Source: Anaeramoeba ignava BMAN (lineage: Eukaryota > Protista > Anaeramoebae). From it: a DNA stretch of 64,000 nt. The position numbers and the translations under genes were made by a program. The notes beneath the pieces are model-generated. The model was given only the letters and a program-made list of their open reading frames with translations, ran no database searches and had not been told where the DNA came from. The stretch covers positions 35,936-99,935 of the forward strand of contig JAPDFW010000006.1 in assembly GCA_028826165.1 (NCBI GenBank). The letters run 5' to 3'. Positions 51,101-61,000 of this stretch are shown one piece after another (within the stretch, counting starts at the first letter, position 1; each line of letters opens with the position of its first letter).

Positions 51101-52568
51101 TTTTTAGTATTAATTTTAATTTTATTTTTAATTTTAATTTTATTTTTAATTTTAATTTTAATTTTAATTTTAATTTTATTTTTAATTTTAATTTTAATTT
51201 TAATTTTGATTTTAAAATGAATTTTAAATTTAATTTTAATTTTAATTTTAATTTTAATTTTAATTTTATATTTTAATTTTAATTATAATTTTAATTTTAA
51301 TTTTAATTTTATATTAAATTTTAATTTTAATTTTAATTTTAATTTTAATTCTAATTATAATTTTAATTTTAATTTTAATTTTATTTTTAATTTTAATTTT
51401 GGTTTTAATTTTAATTTTAATATTAAATTTAATTTTAATTTTTAATTTTAATTTTAATTTTATATTTAATTTTAATTTAATATTAATTTTAATTTTAATT
51501 TTAATTTTAATTATAATTTTAATTTTAATTTTAATTTTAATTTAAATTTTAATTTTAATTATAATTTTAATTTTGAATTTGATTTTAATTTTAATTTTTA
51601 ATTTTAATTTTAATTTTTAATTTTAATTTTAATTTTATTTTTAAATTTTATTTTTAATTTTAATTTTAATTTTAATTTTAATTTTATTTTTAATTTTAAT
51701 TTTAATTTTGATTTTAAAATGAATTTTAAATTTAATTTTAATTTTAATTTTAATTTTAATTTTAATTTTATATTTAAATTTTAATTATAATTTTAATTTT
51801 AATTTTAATTTTATATTAAATTTTAATTTTAATTTTAATTTTAATTTTAATTCTAATTATAATTTTAATTTTTAATTTTAATTTTTATTTTTAATTTTAA
51901 TTTTGGTTTTAATTTTTAATTTTAATATTAAATTTAATTTTAATTTTTAATTTTAATTTTAATTTTATATTTAATTTTATATTTAATATTAATTTTAATT
52001 TTAATTTTAATTTTAATTTTAATTTTAATTTTAATTTTAATTTTAATTTTAATTTTAATTTTAATTTTAATTTTATTTTTAATTTTAATTTTAATTTTAA
52101 TATTGATTTTATTTTAATTTTGGTTTTATTTTTAATTTTAATTATAATTTTAATTTTAATTTTAATTTTAATTATAATTATAATTGATTTTATAAATGAA
52201 TTTTAATTTTATAAATAAAATACAGTATAAGAAATTGAAGGTTGAATTGAAATTCTAGAAACAGGAGGTTGATTTGGAGAATAAATTAAAATAAAAAAAT
52301 TCTTATAATTCAAAGAAGAAATAATTGAAGCAATTGTTTCACCGTATTCATCATATTTCTTTTTAGCGGGATTAAACCGATAAAATAGAATTCTAACGCC
52401 ATATAAAGTAATAATCTTTTCTTGAGGTTGAGGATTTTTTACTGGCTTTCTTATTTTTTTTTGATATGTAAATGATATATTTTCATTGCCAGTTTTCTTG
52501 GCTTGATCACTCATTCCAAAAAGATTTGATAATCGTTGACTAGACTTTGCAGTATTTGGATAATCCAT
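48197..52568 (-). CDS. FKBP15: FKBP15/WAFL-like protein (exons 52568-52224, 51092-50756, 50023-48197; frameshift in N/Q tract near 49670)
   Basis: RLSNLFG; VDDNRQNISMKF; FKBP domain YSGWL...FDSS..KKPFRFELG..IIKGWNIG..GGKRILLIPPSLAYG; ERVMKLG; coiled coil; IRQIMNEVYHSIQDEF...YDG..IIRTHTL. Confidence 0.82.
50030..50750. repeat. Intronic arrays (AAATAAATTTTC)n followed by (TTTTAA)n
   Basis: FKBP15 intron; source of spurious LKIY/NFQI ORFs. Confidence 0.88.
51110..52200. repeat. Intronic (TTTTAA)n array
   Basis: Fills FKBP15 intron 1. Confidence 0.88.
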
Positions 52569-52784
52569 TAAATTTTTTTTTGGTTTTTTTTTTTTTTAAA
52601 AAAGAAAAAAAATGAAAAATTAAAAATTGAAAAAAAAAATTTTTCGTTTTTAGAAAAGAAAATTTTGTTTGAATTTAAATTTGGAACTGAAATTCTTTCT
52701 CAAAAAAATTTCTTCTTTTCCTTCTTTTCCTTCTTTTCATTTTTTTTCATTTTTTTCATTTTTTTCCTTTTTACTTTTTTTTTA

Positions 52785-54728
52785 ATGGATTCTTTTCTTT
52801 TTGAATTAAAAATTTTTAAAGAAAAAGGTGTTTGTTTAATTTCAAAAAAAGAATTTCAATTATTAACACAAGGAAATTTTTTAAATACATCAAAAAAAAA
52901 TCAAATTTCACCAAAAGAAACTAATTTAATTCTTGATCAACTTCCTCCAGAAAGTAGATTCAATTCAATATTCAATATTCAATCAATTTAATATTCAATT
53001 TAATTCAATATTCAATCAATTCAATATTTAATATTCAATATTTAATTCAATATTCAATATTCAATTTAATATTTAATTCAATATTTAATTCAATTCAATA
53101 TTTAATATTCAATTTAATATTCAATATTCAATATTCAATTCAATATTTAATATTCAATATTCAATATTTAATTCAATTTAATATTTAATATTTAATTCAA
53201 TTCAATTTAATATTCAATTCAATATTCAATATTCAATATTCAATATTCAATATTAAATATTCAATATTCAATTCAATATTCAATTTAATATTCAATATTC
53301 AATATTCAATATTTAATTCAATATTTAATTTATTTAATATATTTTTTATTTTTTATTTTAATTACAAAAAAAAATAATATAGTTTTAATTATGATTTGTC
53401 AATATTTATCTCCTGGAGCATTTACTAGATTGGGAATTACTTGCAAAGATTTTTACAATATTTTTAATGATCAAGAAACTTGGAGAAAAATTGCAAAAAT
53501 TTATCAAAATTTTTTCGTTTTTGATCGCTTTGAATTAGTACTTAATAATGATCCATTTTTCTTGGATAAAGAAAATTGCTTTGATTTAATTGGATTCCAA
53601 ACAAATATTAACGAGGAAATTGAAAATATTTCAATCAGAAATCAAAATATAAATTTTCCAAATTTAGATCAAAAACATTTTAAAGAAATAATCCAAAAAA
53701 GAGAAAAAAGAATTGAAAAATATTCTAATAATAATCAAACGGATAATTCAACAATTCTTGATGAAAAATTACATTATAGAGTTCCATTAATAAATTCAAC
53801 AGAAGAAGAAAGAATTAAATTTATTAATTTATTAGAAAATCCAAAAGAAGAAATGCTTGAAAAGGCAAGAAAAATATTCGCTTTATTTTCTGAAGCAAAA
53901 ATCAAATCAAAAAAAGAAAAAATCAGAAAAATACGAAATATAAGAGTTTCCAAATTTGAATCAAAAACATATTTATATTTCAGTTTTTCCAAAATGTGTA
54001 TTAGTTTTGGAGCTTCAATTTATTTGATCTTGATTACTTTGAAAATTGAAAACAAAATCAATACAAAATTAAGTTATTTGACTCTTTCCGTTTTGATTCC
54101 TTTGTTTCCTTTGATAGTTCTATTCTTAATTAATTTTGTGTTTGTGACTCTTGCAAAATTTGGATTGGATATTTATAATTTTTTTGTTTTATCTTTTACT
54201 TCAATTATGGTTTTTATTCAATTTCTTTTGATTGCTTTAAAAGTGGATGATTTTCTTAAAACTTCTTGGATTGTGATTTTTATCCCAATTCTCCTCGTCT
54301 TCGTGAACTTTGTAATTTATACAATTGTTATTCCAATAATCGAAGCTCATTTACAAAGAGAAGATTTTCTTTTGAGCATTTTTTTCTTTTTTTGGATCGT
54401 TTTCTTCATTTTCTTAGGTTTAAAAATTGATGAAAAAATCAAATGGAATTTTGGAATTATTTTTATTCCACTTTTTCTTCAAATTGTCGCTTATTTAATT
54501 TCACTTTTTCGACCTAGAACTTTGAGACAAATGAATATTTTTGCAATCATTTTATATTCTGTTATTTTTCCTTTTATTTGGATTGTAATTTCAATTTTGT
54601 TTATTCTTTATTTGGAAAAAATTGGAATTAATCATGTTTATTATCCTTTGATTCCTTTTTATTTTGCTTGTTTGATTCTTGATATTGGTTTTGTTATTCT
54701 TATTAAAAGAGAAATTCAAGAATTTTAA
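52785..54728 (+). CDS. F-box plus TMEM185/FAM11-like multi-pass membrane protein (exons 52785-52953, 53383-54728)
   Basis: Spliced junction gives LDQLPPEILIMICQYLSPGAFTRLGITCK...W (F-box); repeated LIALKVDDFLKTSWIVIFIPI and LGLKIDEKIKWNFGIIFIPL TM hairpins. Confidence 0.78.
52960..53340. repeat. Intronic ~7-nt array (AATATTC)n
   Basis: Read directly; lies inside the F-box intron. Confidence 0.8.
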
Positions 54729-54857
54729 TTCAAAATAAATAATAATTAATAATTGAATTTTGATTTTGATTTTGATTTTTATTTTGAAAGAAAAAGAAAA
54801 ATCTTTTTTTTTTTGAAAATTTGATTAAAAAAAAAAAGTTTCATTGATTAATGAAAA

Positions 54858-57800
54858 TTAATTTGAAACGATATTTTTTTGGAAATAATCAATGAATAAA
54901 AGAAGAAAACTTTTATCTTCTGATTTAAAAGTAGCATTTAAAAAATTTTGATTTAAATCAACTATAATTTCAATAAGAACAAAATAATTTGTTTGAGATT
55001 TTTGAGAATAAGTATAAATTTTAAGTTGATTTCCAACAACACCAGAAGCCATAACAAAAATACGGTTAGAAATTAATTTCTTTTCAAAATCAGATTTGTT
55101 TTGTATTTTTGATTGAAGTTGGAATTTATGAGTTTTTTGATTTTGAATATTGACCCATTTTTGTTGATAAGATTGTGGGTTAATTTCAGCTACTTTTTCA
55201 AGAATATGTTCTTGAGTAGTTTTTTTAGGAGGTTCTGAATAAAGATCTCCAAGTAAATCTTGTTTTTTTGTTGGTGAAACAAATTGATTTTGATTTTGAT
55301 TTTGATTTTGATTTAAATTTTGATTTTGGTTTTGAAGTAAATTATCATCTTCACTTGAATCTTCGTTTGAATCTTCATTTGAATTTTCATTTTCATTTTC
55401 ATTTGAATTTTCATCTTCATTTTCATTTGAATTTTCATCTTCATCTTCATCTTCATCTTCATCTTCATCTTCATCATCTTCATATTCATCTTCAATTTTC
55501 TTTTTTTGTAAATTAATTTGATCATATGGTTTTCCATAAATAACAGAAAGTGTATTGAATTCAAACATCAATTTTTCATGAAGTTCAGTTAAATCTTCTT
55601 CAACAAAATTTCGAAGTTCTTCTTTTTGACTCAAAACAATTTTTTTTGCCTTTTCAAAATCTGTACTTAATAATCTATAATAAAAAATAGCTTTATCATG
55701 AACATCAACATGTGAAAAATCATTTGTTGCTAAATCAAGCAATTTGCCAAGAATTTTTTGGCATTCAGGAGGTCTTTTAAAAAATAATTTCATAAGAGCG
55801 TTTAATAATTGAATTTTAACAAAATAAGATTGTTCCGATTTGTAATCCTCGACAAAAGCCTCGAGAACATATGGAGCGTCAAGGAAATTCTGGCCAAACT
55901 CGCCAAGCATCCAAATCAAAGAAGCCTTTGCTTCTGGATCTTTGATTGTTTGGATGTCGATTCTTTTGAATTCGTTGAAAAATTCTTGCGCAGAATCGGG
56001 ATGGATTCTGATAATATCCTTAAGAATAGAAAGGACACTTTCCGTTAAATAACTGATTTCAAGTTCTATAAAGGAAAACAATTGAACCACAACAATGTCA
56101 GTCCAAAGAGGGAGTTTGATTGTGATTCTTCCGATCACTGTTATTCCATATTTCGCAATCTCAGGCGAATTATTTGGATCGGTTACATAATGAGATAATT
56201 CAACAATAATTTCTTTGAAATTTTTCTGTGTTGTCAAAACACTTAAAATATCCATCTTGATTTTTTTTGTATAATCTGGATCGTTCATTCTCAAATAAAA
56301 TTTCTTAAAATCATCTTGCCAAATTGTGGGGAATTGAGTTGCAATTAAAAAAATGTGTTTGAGAACTGAGAAAGAAGATTCTTTATGAGATCCAAGAGAA
56401 AGCGTTAATAACGGAATTTTGAGTCTTTCATAAATTTGCTGTTTGAGTTGTGGCAGATCCTCAGTCATATTTAAAAACACTTTTTGCTGCCGCAAGCGAC
56501 AATGCACTGTTGACATTCTGCAGCGAATTTTCTAGGAGATTCATGATATCAAAAGCATTCTTGTTCGGATTCTGGAGCATATTTAGCTGCCAATTGAAGA
56601 ACTATTATTTTTCCCCATTCAGTGAAGTCATCCAATCGATTCAATAAATGTATCATTATTTGTCTGTTTAGTGACATTCCTCCTTCATCCATTAATATTT
56701 CATTCAGTGCAACTATAGAATTTATTACAACTTGTGCGTCGATATCTCGAAGCATTTCGTATAATTTTGTGATGATATCGCTCCCTTTTACAAGTGTTTC
56801 TTTGATTTTGTATAATTTGATTGTGGATATTACTGCTACTCTTCGTACATATGCTGCTTTGTCAACAAGTCCAGCTCTGATTGGTGTTGGCAAGTATTCA
56901 ATCAATTTTGGGTGTTGTCTAAATAATTTCCAAATAATTTTTCAAATATTTTAATTTTGATTTTAATTTTAATTTCAATTTTAATTTTATTTTAAATATA
57001 ATTTTAATTATAATTTTAATTTTAATTTTGATTTTAATTATAATTTTAATTTTAATTATTTTGATTTTAATATTAATTTTAATTTTAATTTTAATTTTAA
57101 TTTTAATTTTAAATATAATTTTAATTTTAATTTTAATTTTAATTTTAATTTTAATTTTAATTTTAATTTTAATTTTAATTTTATAAATGAATTTTAATTT
57201 TAATTTTAATTTTAATTTTAATTTTAATATTAATTTTAATATTAATTTTAATTTTGATTTTAATTTTAATTTTAATTTTAAATTTAAATTTAATTTTAAT
57301 TTTAATTTTAATTTTAATTTTAAATATAATTTTAATTTTAATTTCAATTTAATTTTTAATTTTAATTTTAATATTAATTTTAATTTTAATATTAATATTA
57401 ATTTTAATTTTATAAATGAATTTTAATTTTAATTTTAAATTTAAATTTAATTTTAATTTTATAAATGAATTTTAATTTTTTACAAAGATGATAAAGAACG
57501 TAAAGCTAATCCTCTAATCATAGGATCACTGTTATTACAGTCATTATGCAAAGTATTAATAGCCAGAAGTGATAATGAAGGTTTTTTTCTAGCATAAGTT
57601 GCAAGATATAGATAAATCATTTTCTTTTGAACAATATCAGTTGTTTGACAAGCCTAATACATAAAATCAAAACCAATTTTTTATTGACATTCATTTTTAT
57701 GAAATGGAATATTTAATTAATATTTATTTTCATTATCAATTTTTTATTAATTTTTTATCAATTTTTTAATTTTTACAGAAACAACATCAGTAAATAAACT

Positions 57801-57926
57801 AGAAACATCAACTCCAAGTGTCATTGCGCCTATTATTTTTTGTAGAACATCTCTTCTTTTAGTAAGATCATTGGATGAAGTACTTTGAAGTAGTTGTCTA
57901 TAATCATATGGATCTGGTTTTGACAT
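54858..57926 (-). CDS. AP4B1: Beta-adaptin, AP-4 beta subunit type (3 exons; two homopolymer frameshifts near 56552 and 56482)
   Basis: [97 protein letters not shown]; short C-terminal appendage platform. Confidence 0.88.
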
Positions 57927-58096
57927 TTAAAAAAGAAGAAAAAAATTTCTTTTAATTTCTTTTAATTTCTTTTTTTTATTATTGTTTTTAAAATGAAAGA
58001 AAAAAAATGAAAAAAAAAATTGAAAAAAAAAAATTAAAAAAAAAAAGCAAAAATTTTTCATTTTTCCTTTTTAAAAAGTAAAAAATATAAATAAAA

Positions 58097-61000
58097 ATGA
58101 ATCAAATACTTTATTCAATTATTCCTGGAACTATTACAAAAATTAATGAAAGTAATTAATCAAATTTTCTCCTTATTTAAAATTAAAAGAAAAATATAAA
58201 TTAAAATCATTTAAAAATTGATTAAAAAAAAAAATTACACACATACAAAAAAAAAAGATGCAATTAATTGGGGTTTACAAGGATTGATTTGCATTTGAAT
58301 ACATTCTGCAATTGTAATTTTTGATCCAGTATCATTTTCAATTTTACAAGTTCTTGATGGACATGATTCTGAAGTTGTTTTGTGTTCAATGGTAAATTTA
58401 ACAATTAAATTATAAATAAAAATATAAATTAAATTATAAATTAAATTATAAATTAAATTATAAATAAAATTATAAATAAAATTATAAATTAAATTATAAA
58501 TAAAAATATAAATAAAATTATAAATTAAAATTATAAATTAAATTATAAATAAAATTATAAATAAAATTATAAACAAAATAATAAATTAAATAATAAATAA
58601 AATTATAAATTAAATAATAAATTAAATTATAAAATAAAATTATAAATAAAAATTATAAATTAAATTATAAATTAAAAATATAAATTAAATTATAAATAAA
58701 ATTATAAATAAAAATTATAAATAAAATTATAAATTAAAATTATAAATTAAATTATAAATTAAATTATAAATAAAATTATAAACAAAATTATAAATAAAAT
58801 TATAAATTAAATTATAAAATAAAAATATAAATTATAAATTAAATTATAAATAAAATTATAAATAAAATTATAAATAAAATTATAAATAAAATTATAAATA
58901 AAATTATAAATAAAAATTATAAATAAAATAATAAATTAAATTATAAATAAAATTATAAATAAAATTATAAATAAAAATTATAAATAAAAATTATAAATTA
59001 AAATTATAAATAAAATTATAAATAAAAATTATAAATAAAAATATAAATAAAAATTATAAATTAAAATTATAAATTAAATTATAAATAAAATTATAAATAA
59101 AATTATAAATAAAATTATAAATTAAATTATAAATTAAATTATAAATAAAATTATAAATTAAAATAATAAATTAAAATTATAAATAAAATTATAAACAAAA
59201 ATATAAATAAAAATTATAAATAAAATTATATAAATTAAATTATAAATAAAATTATAAATAAAATTATAAATTAAATTATAAATAAAATTATAAATAAAAA
59301 AAATAATAAATTAAATAAATAAAAAAAATATAAATAAAATAATAAAATTAAATTATAAATAAAAATAGCAACAAAAAATAAATAAAAATAATAATTAAAA
59401 TTATAAATTAAAATTATAAATTAAATTATAAATAAAAATTATAAATAAAATTATAAAATAAAATTATAAATAAAAATTATAAATAAAATTATAAATAAAA
59501 TTATAAATAAAATTATAAATAAAAATTATAAATTAAATTATAAATTAAAATTATAAATAAAATTATAAATTAAAATTATAAATAAAAATATAAATTAAAT
59601 TATAAATTAAATTATAAATAAAATTATAAATAAAATTATAAAATTAAATTATAAATTAAATTATAAATAAAAATATAAATAAAATAATAAATAAAATTAT
59701 AAATTAAATTATAAATTAAATTATAAATTAAATTATAAATTAAATTATAAATTAAATTATAAATAAAAATATAAATTAAATTATAAATTAAATTATAAAT
59801 AAAATTATAAATTAAATTATAAATTAAATTATAAATTAAATTATAAATAAAATTATAAATAAAATTGTAAATTAAATTATAAATAAAATTATAAATAAAA
59901 ATATAAATTAAATTATAAATAAAATTATAAATTAAATTATAAATCTATTTTAGGTCACCTTTACTTAATGAAAATGATTTAGAAAATCCTTATCATTCAA
60001 TTCTTGCTTCTGGTGATGTTCTTGGTCAATTAATTATTTGGGATCCAATAAATGCTAAAATTATTACAAAACTTCCTGATATTAAAAAAAGAAAACAAAG
60101 AAGAAAAATTTTAGAAATTAAATGGATTGAACAAAATAAAAATTATCTTTTAACTTTGCAAACACCATCAATTATTACTTTATGGAATATTAATTTAAAT
60201 TCAACTAATTCTGAAATTATTGAAATATGGCAATTAGATTTGGAAAAAACAAATGATATTCATGAATCTTGTTTATTTTTTGAATTGAATACATCACAAA
60301 ATTATTCAATGATAATTGGTTCTGATACTGGAAATTTATTTTTCACAAAATGGTAATTAAAATTAAAAATGAAATTAAAATTTAAATTATAAATAAAATT
60401 AATATTAATATTAAAATTAAATTTAAAATTAAAAATTAAAATTATAAATAAAATTACAAATTAAAATTAAAATTATAATTAATATTAAAATTAAATTTAT
60501 AAAATTATAAATTAAAAGAATTCAAAATCCACAAAAAGACCACCAAAAATTCTTCGGAAAATTAAAACAGAAAGTCATGAAACAACAAAATTTTTCAGAA
60601 GAGATTTACACACCATCACCACAGGATTTAACAATTAAACAAATTCAATTTGATCCATTTCAAAAAGACATATTATATATTGTTTATGCAAGAGACATTA
60701 CAATTTTAGATTTAAGAATCAACATGGCAATTTCAAGAATAATTTTAAATGAAGCAAGATCATCATTTATTCAATTAGTTTTGACAAAAGCTCAAAATCA
60801 TTTATTTTGTTTTCATGAAGATGGAAGTTTAAGTATTTGGGTTCAACGTGTTACTAATAAAGTTATTAAATATGAACCAATTACTTTTTGTGAACAACTT
60901 AGAATTATTAAAAAGAAAAATGATGGTTTTATTATTTCAAAATTAGTAGCTTCTCCTTTTAAACCTAATAATTTTATTTTTGTTTCTGAAAATGAAATGT

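Noticed and set aside
3217-57426. Many ORFs of ILILIL, KIKIKI, FDFDFD, NKNK, LKIY or INNF type in the ORF track
   Set aside because: Translations of intronic or intergenic microsatellites, or alternative frames and antisense strands of N/Q tracts
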